From Chrysomallon squamiferum (taxonomy: Eukaryota; Animalia; Mollusca): a DNA stretch of 64,000 bases. This document shows, in pieces, positions 22,574 through 37,500 of the stretch. Under the pieces are notes generated by a model. That model made no database searches. It was not told where the DNA came from and worked only from the letters and a program-made list of their open reading frames with translations. Where the stretch lies: assembly GCA_012295275.1 (NCBI GenBank), contig CM022665.1:7316001-7380000 (forward strand), given 5' to 3'. Each line of letters starts with the position of its first letter. Within the stretch, counting starts at the first letter, position 1. Made by a program: the position numbers and the translations under genes.

Positions 22574-23514
22574 TGTATTATATAGCGGACCATTTCAAAG
22601 TCCCTTCCAGCTATCGTTAATCTGTTATAAACAAAACCCTGTCTAATCCGGGTGTGTATTTTAATATCGTTATTACATATCTGAACGCATTCTTCTCTGT
22701 ACAGTAATCCTACAGTTTATGATAATAAAGTCATTGTCATTGTTTACTTTGGATTTCGGTACAAATTGCAGAACAAAAAAACAAAAAAGAAAGTTTTATA
22801 GTAATTACTTTTGTCAACAGTGGGACACAGTTTTTCAAGTATGATTACTTCTTAAAAAAACGATGGCAGTTTGAACGTAACTAGGCTACCGCGTGAGATG
22901 AAATGATCGCTCTTCTTTCAAGGCTTAATAAACAATTATGCCGAAATTCTTGTAATTACTATGTGCAGTGTAATATTTTGTTGTTAAACGAATACTTTTT
23001 CATTCACCATTGCAGGTCTTCTCCTGAATTAACGGAGCACAGCCCTTCTAAACCACCACAACACAGTGAAGCGACAGAAGTTAAAAAACCTTTGAAAAAG
23101 GAAAGCCTGAAATTACCCAAAATACGCATGCGCAAAGTAGTTCCACCTTCCTTGCCTGGAGCTCTGTGTTTCACTTTGAAGAAAGTAAACGCAAGTCATG
23201 AAGAAATTAAAAAGTTAATAGAAAATGAGTTGGGCTGTAAAATTAAAACTCTACTTTTCGATCCTGTATACATTCGCATGGGTGAAACAGACGGCGAATA
23301 CAAAACCATGTGGATATTTACTCTTGAGGAAGAGGAGAAGGAGAGATGGGCTATACGTCAAGGTATCAGATGGAATGGTGAGCGTTCGCGAGTTCGATAC
23401 TATGACGATGTAATGCGAGAAGAACACAACGCTTACAAGTCCTACAAAGCGATTCAAGACGAGCAGGAGTCGAAAGGCTTGGGCCCTACAAGGAAAAGTC
23501 AGAGTTTGGGTTAA
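19690..23514 (+). CDS. Uncharacterised five-exon protein: S/K/E-rich low-complexity N-terminus plus C-terminal copy C of the unnamed RRM-like domain
   Basis: Phase-consistent exons 19690-19704 (MASIL), 19905-20524, 20745-20837, 21420-21650 and 23016-23514 (TAA). The last exon has PP..PGALCFTL..SHEEI..MWIFTL..GIRW..YYDDVMREEH.AY, homologous to copies A and B. The first micro-exon is the least certain. Confidence 0.72.
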
Positions 23515-24885
23515 TTCCTGTTACAGAAACCAAACCATCTGTTCATTAATAAGAAACAACGTATACTCAAAGAAAAAAAAGAACATAAACAAAAAATAAA
23601 CGAACTTTTTGAATTTTACAGTTATTCACCGCCAGCTTGACTCACTGACAGTGGTATTCACTGTTTTATTTGACAATATACTTCTCACGTTTCACATGAT
23701 AATCTGCCAATCTCAGGAATAACGATAGCATGTCTTCGTCAACAACTGTCATTTAAAAATAACATTACTTGATTGGCAAGTTAGAGTGCATCCCAATAAT
23801 CTGAAATGACAAATCTCATTAAGACTGAATGAAATGTGTGTGTGTGTGCTTTCGTGCGTGTGCAGGTCAACACAAATTCGCACTTCATTAAACAAATTTC
23901 CAGTCTGGTAGTGTATTTCCTTTCAAAAAGATATATGATAATAAGTTATTTGAAGGACTATGTTTCAATAAATTGAATTAGATAACTGACCGTAATATCA
24001 CTGTGAAATGATGGCTAATGTTCAGCTGTTGAATGGTAAATGAAAACATCTAAATTAGTTATCTATTATTGTATAATTGTAATGAAATAAATATATTCAT
24101 CTGTTCATCGTTAACAGTTAATTTTTTTAATTAGGCTATGTTGTTAAATTGTGTTGCTAAACATACATCAGGTATACGTATACTTATTACATTGTAATGA
24201 ACACGGTAATACGAAAAACATTCCAGTGATATCCCACATGACTATGTGACCATCTGTGCCATACAAACTGATCTAATCTACATACAAATATAGTTCGGTG
24301 CAAAGAGAGCGTAACAGATACCTATATAAATGCAGCCAAAACCGGTATGGCAACCCTGTGTTTTCAATGCTGCCATTGCATTTCATATTCAGGACATCCC
24401 AAGGATAAAAAAAAAAAAAAAAAAAAAAATAAAATAAATAACTAACACACACACACACACACACACACTAAAATAAATAAATCTAAATAAAAATGTGTGT
24501 GTGTGTTCGGGAGAGGGAGAGTGGGGGTTGCTATAGAACAGCAATCGCGAAAAATTGATTTGACTATTTCTTGGTACCAAGCCATGTATAACATTTATAA
24601 TAATACATGAATAATCATCGCAAGTTTTGCCCTGCTTTGAAACGTCATTATCAAGTTAACAAAGTGTTACACAGCGAAGCGTGGCGTCACACACATTCAG
24701 TGCAAAGCGTTTGTTTGTTGCCGCAGTTGGGTGGGGGGTGTGTACGCGGGTTACACGTGAAACTATATTTAACAAACAATGTGTATAATTTCGGCGATAT
24801 ACATGTCCTTTTCACCGAGTCTTTTATGTACAGAGAGTGAATACGTAAATATGAATTACACATGTATTTGAGATTTGCTGAATGG

Positions 24886-24923
<38 letters not shown>

Positions 24924-25470
24924 AGTCTTGATCCAGAATAAACAGAAATCGTAACAAAATTGTCATATTTTATGGACCCAGATTTTTATTTGAATCAGAA
25001 TCTATTAATGCCAAAAAAACCAGAGTAAATTTGTTTATTTATTTATTTATTTATTTATTTATTAAATTTGTCTTAGAAATGCTTACTCCCTTTATTAATT
25101 AACCTGATAAAGATAATTCTGTATAAATCTCACCTGTGTAAAAACAAAAACAAAAATAAAACGATATTTAATAATTTTACTTGAGATTTTTATTAAGATA
25201 CAGTCTACATGTTAATGTATAGATATAAATTCCAAATACAAATTAAAAATAAAGTTAAAATCATGGAAATGAAGCTAAATGTGCACACTCGAACTTACAA
25301 AAAACTATAACTGATGCAAGCAGTTCATGTTAAACTATAAGAAAATATATAAACCACCAATACATATAAAATTCCCAAATAAAAATAAATAAAAATTTGT
25401 TTATAAAACATTACACACAAACTTTTGCATTGTTAACACAAAATTGTTTAAGATATCTAGTGAGATAAAG

Positions 25471-25503
<33 letters not shown>

Positions 25504-26721
25504 AAAAAAAACAACAAAAAAGACACCTCAAACAATATATATATTAAAAGTGAAGTAAAATACAGAATTAAAAGAGAATGCATTTTTATAAAATATAATT
25601 GCATTGATTTTGATGAATACCTGTTATAAGTGTTTAAAAATAAGTAAAATACAATTCTACACACTTCCTATCTATACAAACAGAAAAGAAGCGAAATATG
25701 TGGTAAAATACAAAAGCACAGATTTCTTTATATATTCCATTAAAGCATTGAATAAAATCTGTTATGAAAAGAACAAAATGTAATTATCAAGTCTATATTT
25801 TTTCATAAGAATAGATTGTGGCATAATTCTCACTGAAAACATTTTATCATAAATGTCACCTGTGATAACTGGTGTATATTTCAAAAGCTATTAAACATAA
25901 TTAAAAATACTAAAACTGCATAAATTAAGGTATAAATCTGCTTTAAGGTCAAACAGCAATATTAACTAAAAGTATTAAAACAATTTCTGAATAGTTTCAT
26001 TATACAAGTCATCCTACAGATTTCTCACAAACTGCTGCCTAAAAATAGGCAAAAAATTCTGTATTACACATTTTCAAGCATATTCTAAAATCTATTACAT
26101 ACTTATACTAATTTTGTATTTAGTAAAATGTTAATTAAATACAAAATTAATGTAAGAAATAACTATTATATACAAGAAAAAACCCTAAAAAATCTTTCTC
26201 ACCTTTTGTAACTCCAGAATTTATTAATACACATAGTGTAAAAATAGGCCACTGTTTTTTAATTATTGCGTAGATAAATATAAAGTAAAATAAATAAATT
26301 AAAAAAAAAAAACATTAATTAAAAAAAAAAAAAGTTTCTAATACATAATTGTTATATTCCTAGTCAACAGGGAGATAAGTACTGATATTTTTACATTTAA
26401 ATTTTATTAAAACCAAAGTAAAACAAAACAGAATTTTTGCTACTGACTATTAATATGTTTACTCTTTATCCAAAATAATGAAATAAAGAATAAAGTATTA
26501 AACATGTGATGTCAGTTTTTTTTTTTTTTTCAATGTGTTTCTTGTTTAAAGGTATACAACACCATCAAACACACAATATATCGGACAAAGTGAATTTTGT
26601 GCATTGCAAAATCTTTTTATAAACATAAGCACAAAAATAAAATATTGTAAGTCCCAACTTCCACAAATTATAAAAATATCTCAGTTGTCAGCGACACTAC
26701 TAAATAAAATATACATACAAT

Positions 26722-26773
<52 letters not shown>

Positions 26774-26859
26774 AACACAGGGTTGGATTTAGAGTACAGA
26801 TTATGACAGAATTCTTTGTTGTATATTCAGATCAGTATTGTTCAACAATATTAAAAAAA

Positions 26860-26894
<35 letters not shown>

Positions 26895-27328
26895 ATAGAC
26901 AAACAAGAATTATGTATAATATTGTTAAAAAAAAAAAATTAATAAATAAATAAAATCACACATATCTGAGTATCATTAAACATAGTCTGCTAATTTCACA
27001 ATAAGAACTACTGAGAAGTGATAGATAAATTGTAGTTGTTAGATGTTCCAATGGGCTGAGATTAAGTTACAGGTGAAGGGGGGTAGGTCCTATTCTGTTA
27101 GAAAAGGGGTGATTGTGGTTGCATTATTAAGTCAAGTGGTTACAAGTTTAGTTTAGGTGGTTTTAAAATGTCACAGTCGTATTTCCACTGAGCTAAATTC
27201 TAACCCTGAAAAATATATATATGTATATAATTTATTATGTTTTTGTCTCCTAGGACAATGCAGTCTAGAAATGGTCTGTAACTGAAATATGACAGTATGT
27301 CAAGACTAAACATCATTCTTCTTTTTCA

Positions 27329-27405
27329 TTAAGAACTTTCAAATATGTTCTGCATATCAGCAAAGGCTTGTACAAGTTTATCACCAAACTGATTTGCATT
27401 CTGTG

Positions 27406-27438
<33 letters not shown>

Positions 27439-30400
27439 AACAACATTTATACTCATCTAATGGACAAATTACAACCATTTAATATTCCTAATTATTAATT
27501 TTAACTACTTGTTATTATATATATTATATATATATAATAATAAATCATGTTACTTATACAATGTTACATGAATAGGTCTTTAATTTGTAAATGTGTTTTC
27601 AAATCAGTCATTATACAGGACAGCAAGATGTATGGATAACAGTAAATTTGAAAGGAGGCTAATTCTATAGGGACCACTTTTCAAACTTTAAAAATGATTT
27701 CACTAATTTGTGGATCTTTAAACTGTCAAACAAATCTTGCTCTGTTGTTTCTATGAAAACCGTAACAAAATCTTTATAATGAAAAATGGACTACTTACTG
27801 TGGTGGAACATGATTTCTTGCAGGAGATATGAAAGAAGACTGTGTTTTCACCAGCAACAATATAGGACACTCCATAACCATCATCAGCAACCTGATAGAT
27901 TGAATTATATCAGTATAAAAAACTTTGACATCTTCAGATATAACTGGCCTTTATATTAGCTTTTGTAAGTACGTATGTGTGTGTGTATGTGTGAGAGCTA
28001 ATTGTTATATGGCACTTTTCATTATGTGAATGTGTTTAATTATTTTTTTTCTTTCTGTTTTTATTGCATGAACAGACAGATGAATGAGTGTATGTCTAGG
28101 TATAGTTGTATCTACATTAAAAAATATATTTACTTACTGGTCCAAATCCTCCACCACCACAAATCCTGTTTGGGTATTTATCTATGTCTATCTTCTGTGC
28201 CTGTTGATGGGGAGTCTGAAAACAAAATGGTTTCAAAATATTACAAAGAAGAGAAAAAAATGAATGTTATATATACATAAGTATGCAAGTGTTAAATCTT
28301 TTCAGATTAACGAGCTTTAGAAATATTCAGTAAATATCTCATAAGTTTAAGAAACAAGACATTTAGAAATAAAGTATTTATGCAAAAAAACACACCAAAA
28401 AAACACATTTTGATTTTCTCTTGTAAAGCAGACTAACAGCCTGTAGTACTTGTGTTACATCTCAGTTTATTTCACTGGAATCATCTGGACATATTTCTGG
28501 AAAATTTGGTAAATTATCAGTCACCTGACTGGTTGATAATCTCCACGGCTCACTGAGAACTTCCGACAAGAAGGGAGAATCCAGCCCCAGATACTTCTCA
28601 ACAACGTACAGACAAAACAAGTGTCGATCAATGCCCAGACCCGTCATTGCCTCCCTGTATGACCTTTGATGTGTGTCTGCTGCCTTCCGCAGCAGCCTGA
28701 TACGTTCTTCATTCTGAAACAGATCAACGCTTACTTCATCATTCTTATTTAAATTATAGCAAAACTGTTTATTTTTATGTTATAACTGGAATTATTCAGT
28801 CAGTTTACCAGCCTGAGTGAGCTAGTAGATAAACCGAGAAACTGCACTAATGAGACTGTGTGTGTAGATAGTTACATTATTAGATATAAAAACAGACACA
28901 AATTTACTGCAAGACACTGCTGATGTTTTTCCAGTGAAATTTGTGAATACTGTTTTGTGAAGAAGATTAATTCTGCTGTAAAAAGATGTATTAAAAGGAT
29001 ACCTTTGATGACATGAAGAAATACTTTTTTTTTACTTTTTGCTGTCCAGTCTTAATTAATAACAGAGTATGAAAAGAAAAGAGTACAGTTTAAAAATACT
29101 AAGTACGGTCTGATGTCGCTGCAGTCATGGTACAAAAGCAATAATAAATCCCCCAAAACAAAAACAAATTAATTTGGAAACATGAAGAATTTTATTAGAC
29201 CATTTATTTGCAATACCACAGGTATGCTGTAAAACAATTGTCCGCTTTTGTTATTTATTTCTGTTATAAAGAACATGAATAAATATTACTGGACTTTGGT
29301 TACATAAAAAACTCCTTTAGTTAATGCTGAATTATCTCAGGTGGATTTATGCAAACCATTTAGTGATAACTGACACAAACAAGTTCTGCTGAAGACAGAT
29401 TCTACTTACAGTCATTTGCTTGTCCTCCATCGCTCTGACAAAATCACACGAGTCTGCTGTACAGGATCGGACAGTTTCAGTTCTGCCCTCTCGGAACAGT
29501 CTTGTCATTGATGACTCGTAAGTCAAGCAGAACTTTCCTTCAGACTGTACAAAATAAACACTTTCAAAATAAATTTGTTATATATACATATATATCTTGC
29601 ATGATTTGTTAGGTTTACATTTCTCTAAAAAAAGTGATCTCAAGAAGAGAGTTTGAATTTCAAAACTAAAGAATTTAAAAAAAAAAGAGATACAAAATTC
29701 AACACCAATATATATATATATATATATAAAAAAACAAAAAAATTAGTGCAAGTTATTTTGAACAGGCAAAAAGCCATTTGTTATTAAGAAAATTTGTAAG
29801 TAAGTTAACAATGAGATGGGTTTTTTTTTTTTCTCTTGGGGACTACTTACTCTGTAGTATGTCAGCTGAATGGCCATCTGAATGTATGCATCAGGACTCA
29901 CTTTACATTTCTTCATGAATCCTTTCCCATAGTGATTGTACATCATAATGTGAAGATCCACGTCACTGATTAGTTGCTGAGCAACACTCAGACTGTTTTC
30001 AATCTGCTGTATGCACTGATATGAAAATAAACATTTTAACACATCAGCTCAACACATTGGGACACAAATTAGTTCAGACAGTTCAGTAGGAATATGTTCC
30101 TATTACTCTGTAAATTAAACTAAAATGTACACATTAATACTGATGAATTAAAGACAACAGTATTATTCCTGAAGTAAAGTAATTTTAACGAAGGCTGGGA
30201 CATTTAGATTGCATAAATGTGAAAACAGAAGTAAGTGAACAAAATTTAAAAGTTAAATCGACGTTGGAATTCATTTTATTATAATTTTTCAGTATACATT
30301 GGTCTGTTTTACAGTAACAAACAAATTATTAATACAATGCACATCTTTTCTGCAGCTTTTACTTAATTACAAAACTGTTTATACACACTCTTGTATTTAC

Positions 30401-33400
30401 TGTTTTTTAGGGGAACATCACTTACACAGTTCATTCAAGTTCAATTCTTTACATTATTTTTTTAGTTTTACATTATTACTGATGTAATTTACTGAAAATT
30501 TTATATTTGTTGGATGTTTATTAATGTTACTATATTTTATCAGTGTATGAACTTTACTTCATCAGTTACTTTTTTATTCTTTTCATGATGACTAATGATA
30601 TCCATTTTATATAAATAATTTATTGTTAAACACTGTTAACTGCATCTCTAAAATAGTTTCATTATTATTTTCTTAAATTTATTTATTTTTTTGAGAACAT
30701 ATAGATTGTTATTATGCATACATCATTTGAATATTTTCTACAAACTCAGAAATCTTATATGACTGATCAGTGAAACTGTAAAGAGTAACCATTATTTATT
30801 TAAAAAAAAAAAAAAAAATGTTTCACTTATTTAAATATATCTAAGAAACTGAACAGTAAATACATACAGGTGCAGGCATATCCCATTCCAACCGTATGGG
30901 ATTTGGTACTTGATCTGACAGTTCTCCAGTACAGTGACCATCTTCAGTATATCTTTTAAAAACAAACATCACCCATTATTTTAATAAACAAACAAGACAT
31001 CACAATAAAACAACTCTGGTCTTGTGACAACAAATCTTCTGAAATCCATAAATTTTGAAAAATTCTTATTGTCAGCTAACAAAAAACTATTGCATCTATT
31101 TAAATTTATATACATTTAACAGTAGATATCAGATAAAAACTTCATCTGTCAAAATGCAATTTTTTTTGCCTTTAAAAATACTTTTTTAATTTACATACCT
31201 TTGCAATGTGTGTGTGTGTGTGTGTGCGTGCAATCCAGTGTTCATTTGAATATGCATATATTAAGACATAAAAATCAACTAATAAAACTGCTGTCACCTG
31301 ATGAAAATGTTTTAAAAGTGCCAAGATGTCTGTAACAGTAAATTCTTGTTTAATTTACTAAAAATACCTTAATTTTATTTCCAGCAAGAAATGAATATAA
31401 GCATAAAATGTCAGTATATCACTGAGGGTATATATATTCATGATTAATAACTAAAAAGATAGATTATTTTAATAAATAAAAAGTGAAAATAAAACCTGTT
31501 AGAATAATTTAAAAAAATAATAAAAGAAATAATGCTTTAAAAATATTTTAAATTACCCTTTTCTTAAAGGGTCAAATCCATGCAAACGTGAAAATAACTT
31601 CAAAAAAACAAAATGAAACTCATGCAAATCAATTATTAATGCTGATTAAGAGCTTAAATGACACACACCTGTAATCATGCAATAATACATCAAAAAATTA
31701 TATTTCTTTATAATTCTTCTTTTTAATTATCATAATGGTTATTAAAATTCAGCCATGGAATGCTGGTCATTAGCAGTGCAAAAACACATCTTTTAAGTAA
31801 ACTGTAGCTGAAATGGTATTAAAAACAAATCCTAAACACATTCTGTATCTTCCAGGTGACTGGGTTATTTCTCTACAGTAACCAACAGTCTGAGAATACA
31901 ATGATTACACATGGAAGGAAGAAATGCTTGATTTAACAATACATTTGTATCTAGAGTTACACAGTGGTAAGATGTGGTTAAGAGCCAGAGATATAATGAG
32001 AAGATGGGTTATTTGTTTCTGATTAGCTTGGAGCATGGGATACTTATATACATGTTGTTACAGACAGGAAAATTAAACATCACAGCCTATGATAAGCAAC
32101 TTGGGTGACAAAGAATGGCAGAGAAGACAGTTTGGTGGATGCAGTGAGAAATATCTTCTGTTCATCATTTACCATATGCTACAGCTCAACTCTTTTCTTA
32201 CTTCTATCATCTTTACATTACAGTAAAACATGTAACTGGAATAATGAGTTTCACAAAATGGCAGCAACCACAAGCAATAACTTGTTAGAACAGCCTTCTA
32301 AGACGTGTTAAATCAGGACATTAGGTAAGCACATGGTTATAAGAGCTCTTGGAACTAATATTATGTAAGCATGCAAAACTGAATAAATTAGTGTCAGCTG
32401 CTGTATCTAACATCAACCAGTGAGTTTCTGTTCTGCCTCAGTCCCTGTTTTTATTTCTGTCCACTCCATTGGACATGATGAGTGGAGCAAAAAGATACAT
32501 TTTGTGTAAAGGAGTGTGTTGTGTAAAGGAGTGTGATAGCTGAGTGTATTTAAATACTAGATTTTAACCAGATTATTTTTTTGGGGGTAAAATATGAAAG
32601 AGGAAATCTGCTGCTATCACATCACGGGCAACTCAAGGAATCTTATATATGAACTTGCTATAAAAAGGAAAACAAAAACCAAGGATCTGCTTAAATCAAC
32701 CACTGGAGATTTTAAGGCATATTTTGCTGATATTATTGTCAGATATCATTAAAGTATCATGTGAAATAATTATAAATTTCACCATTCACAATTTGTCCAC
32801 TGTAACTGTCTGCAAATATTTCACTCTGCATTTTTCATATTAAAAACTACAAATTCTTTACCTAATAGGCTTTCTGATTTCTTCCATCATTTGTTGCCAA
32901 TACCGAGACATGATAGCCCCATCACCCCTGTTATTACAAACAACAATACAATGGCATGCAATGAACATCAAGTGTGTAGTAAACAGAAAACATCAACAAA
33001 AAAACAAAAACCTTGTCATTATAAACTGGTAATATTTCTGTTCATTGTTTAATAAGTACTAAATAGAGATCGTGTGATTTTTAAAATTTTAGAACAGTAA
33101 ACATTTTCTCCCAGATAAAAATGAAAAAAAGTAAAAGTACTGCACTGATTTCAGAAGAATATCAGCATTATAATACTTTTTAGAAAAGGTGAAATAATTT
33201 TTTAAATCCTGTTTTATAATGACAAGCTTCATACAACAACAGGCTGATAAAAACAAACAAAAGAAAAGAGTGATAAAATACAACAAACAAAAATAAAACT
33301 AAAAAAGGAGAACTATATGAAATCTGTGCTGTACAATAACATTTGTATTATATGGTTTAAATACTGAATTTACTATCAGTTCATATACAGAAGCATTTTG

Positions 33401-34496
33401 TTAACAGAAATGTTTATATTTAAATTTTTTATTTAATTTTTTTAAATTTTAATAAAAAGTTATTCTTATGTAATGTAAATTACAAATAGCTGTATATACA
33501 AAAGAAATATTAAAATTATATTTGCAACATCAACATTATGTTTACATTACTATCAAATCTGTACTTACAACAGAAATATTAAAACTATCTTTATAATTAT
33601 TCATCTTGTCATTTATACAGCACAGATTCCATGGAGGGTTAAATGGATTGTTAGTTGATTAGATCTAACAAAGCATACGTTACACTTTGTTATTAAACCA
33701 CAGTAATCTATAATTTACCCTAGCTCTTCAAACTCCATACTTAACGTACACTCCCACATATGTGCCATTATGGGTGCATCAGCCCTATGTTCATCAATAA
33801 AGGAAACAATTCAGAAACAACATATTTAGAAATGTATAAAAGATAACAATAAAAGAAAATAGAACATACAGTAAATACATTTAAATGTTTTTAATATCTT
33901 TTTAAAAAAGTCAATACATGTATATTTAATATCTGACTTTTTTAACGTAAAACATCTTCATGGGCATTAATACTATTTGGACTTTTTTTCCTTAAAACTG
34001 ATTCGTGATAATAAACAATGAAGATAATTTGTATTTGAAAGAATGTCGCTATCATAAAGATAATACAGAGATATAAAAGTAACTATATTTATTATAAAAG
34101 CTATTTTCTATATTTGAAATACACTAGGAAGTTTACTTACAGATTATTAAAATATGTTTTGTGTTTTTTATTTACAAGGCTAAGGTAATTATAAATTGAA
34201 ATAATTCATTATATATGTTTGCATTCTTGGTTAAAACAATTTTTAAAAAATAATTAAGATGATTATGGTTGTTTCAACTAATTATCTTTAAAAGATGTGT
34301 CTGTCATAGATGAACTTCAATCATTAATAAACTGACATGATATAATTATAAATTTTAGCAAAAATTGTTAATCAAACTATTAAAAAACTTTAATAAAAAA
34401 AAAAAAAAATAAATAAAATAAAATAAAAAATAAAATAAAAATAAGTTTTTAAGATGAAAAAATAAATTACAGAAAGAAAAAAATTTATATTAGGAA

Positions 34497-34536
<40 letters not shown>

Positions 34537-37500
34537 TTTAACAAAAACAAAAAAAAAAAAAAAGAAAAAAAGAAAGAAAGAACAAAACAACAACAAAAAA
34601 TAATAAGTAATAGACTGATTATATTACATAATAAAGAGCCATTATCAACTAAACTCACCAGGAATGTTCTGCATTGAAACCAATCTGCAATATTAAAAAG
34701 AGAAACATTTTTATTCTTGTTCATTTTGTTTAAGAAGACCAGTGATCTCACTACCACTCAAGTGCTAGTTAACTTTGTTATTTGTTTCAGATAATTTTTC
34801 AAACTGCCACTTGAAAGCCTTTACCAATTACAGAAAGTATAAAATCAGGTAAATGATTCTTTTTTTCAAATTACAAGATAATACATCATTAACATGAAGA
34901 TATATCATATTTACAAGTTTCATAAAACACACAAACAGTATAAATTACAGCATTTGTACATTAGATAATTGTCAGGAATATTGCATATCTACAGAAAACC
35001 TTTTGGGCAAATATTTAACAAATGCATTATAGTGCATTAATAATAAATATTCATGAAAATGCAAACAGTCATTTAAATGATTTCTGTTACTTACTCTCCC
35101 ATTTTTGTACACCACCAGGGTAAAGGATTTGTCAAACCACCGATCATGGCCTTTTCCATGCAACAAACTAGCTCCATATCTGTCAAATGCAGTTGGATCA
35201 TTCTGGAAAAATAAAAAATACAAGTAAACATAAAAACATCATGAAAAAAATATTTCTAAAGATAATATTTTGGTATGGAAGTTTTAGGGAGGACATATGT
35301 AAAATGAATAGTATATATTTTAAGTAAAATAAAAACTCTGAAATTATAATGAATTGACTGCAAGTGAGAAAAAGGAAAAAATAATTCTTTCACTCTCTAT
35401 GATAAAAATATTTACACTGGACAATAATTTATTATTGGTTCAGTAACAATTTCAAAGATAATAATTTTGAAACATTTAAAATAACAGAAATAAAATACAA
35501 AAGCAAGACAAAGAAACAACATTAAACAATTTTACATATTGAAAATAAAATTATTTATTATAACGGATATGGAAATGAAGGAAGTGATTACTTACTGGAT
35601 CATAGTTATGACTTTCTTCATCCAGAGAAACACAGAAGGCAGCCTGATAAAAAAAAAAAAAAAATTCACCAAGATGTTCTGCACTGTTGAAATATTATTT
35701 ATCTGCTAACTAATAACAGTAACTATAATTTTGATGAAACTTTTTTTTCAAAATGCCACCTGGAAAACTCTTTTCTACTCACTTATTTAATGTTAAAATT
35801 TAATTTACTATTGTGGTCTCAACAAAATATTATAATAAAATCAAATAACCGGTAAATTATTTAAACATACAAAAGTTTAATTTTCTTTTCTTCATCTTTT
35901 TCATCAGTATCTGGGGATTTTTTCACTCAAAAGTAATATAATTTGGCTTAAAATATTCTTGATTTTTTTTTTTTTCAAATCCTTTAAAATGAAGAGAAGC
36001 AAATTACTTTTTCAATAGCTTGGAGTGAAGCCTTGTTCTTGCCAGCAGAGAAAAATTCTTTCCGTGCCTTGGCCCAGGGCACACGTTCCCCAGCGGTCAG
36101 GGCTGCTAGGTGTTCTTCACCTGGTGCTGGGGGGGACTGGTCATCTACTATCTTTTGAAGGACGCTGAAGACAGAAATACAACAAATACTCAGTGAACAA
36201 CATGTACAGAATTTGTGTTCTATATGTTCCTATAGAAACAAAGTTTAGAAAAAAAAATGATCAAAACATGTATTTAAGTGTGGTTTGTGTAGTACCAGAT
36301 AAAGATAATTATCTGCCTTACTGTATGTCATATAACTGCTAAATCTCTTTTTTTACTCTTATCTGTAAAAAAAAAAACGAAACAAAATTTTATTTCTTCA
36401 TTTGTTCAAGGCTGAACAAATAAGGATAATGCAATATTCAAAAATTGTATTAAAAATAATATATAATATTTAGAATCCCAGTGATCATTTATCATTACTT
36501 ACCTCTCTATTTCAACAGGTGTCAAATAGCGACCTTTGTTTTTGATGTACACCTTGAAGTAGCGACCCTTGTGGTAGACAGATATATGATTACTAATGCT
36601 CAAATGAACAAGCGTGTCTGCAAAACAGAAAGCATGTAATAACAGCAAGCGAAGAAACAAAAGGTAAGACAAGTGTTGTATAAAACCACTCTGGACGGTG
36701 AAATCTCTTATTTGTTAGCAACACAGACTATTTTTTTAAATCCAGAATTTGAGGTTGTAAATTTTAAACTGGTCACTCTACGAATAAGACTGTTAGGAAA
36801 CACAAGGTAGGCATTGGATAAGATGACAATATTGTAGGTAAATATGTATTTTAAATTACTTTTTTTTTTTTTAAATTTCTTGTTACAGAACCTTAGAAAG
36901 ATTAAATCAATGAACATATTTAAGAATGAACAAATCTTACCAATATCAATTCCTGGAATACGTGTCGTGTTAAACTGTCTTTCATACTGGGCAGAGCAGA
37001 GTGGAACAATTTTGTTCAACAAAAGCTGAAAAATAAAGAACAAGTAAACATGCTTATCTTGAGATGAGAGAGATGTGAAAACAGACACAAAAAACCTATC
37101 ATTAAACTTAAACAGTCGGCTCTTTTCTCTAGATGATAAAATAATTTTATGTTTTTCCTTTGCATTATCTCTAAATTGAGACAATTAACTTACAATAAAA
37201 AAATTAAAAAAAGTAAATCTGAAAACTGATAACAAAGGTCCAGAGAACTGTTTAACATGTGAAGAAGAAAAAAAATCACTGTACATGACAAAAGATATAA
37301 AGACATTTCTTACAGGTTTCAGTTCTTCTCTGTCAATTTCACGTCTGTACTGAATGGCAGCATATATTATATTTGCAGCACGTGCTACTTGACAGCCATA
37401 AGGCTTTTCCAGTACACAGTCCTGTAATGAATTTATAGTTTAAAATAAAGCGCAAAGAATGTAAATATCAATTTAAAAAAATATATATATATTTTTACAA

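Noticed and set aside
30953-32861. A third alternative CPT1 active-site exon
   Set aside because: No further 66-nt phase 2-2 exon with an (A/G)D start was found by eye; ORF 32105-32311 is on the wrong strand and looks repeat-derived.
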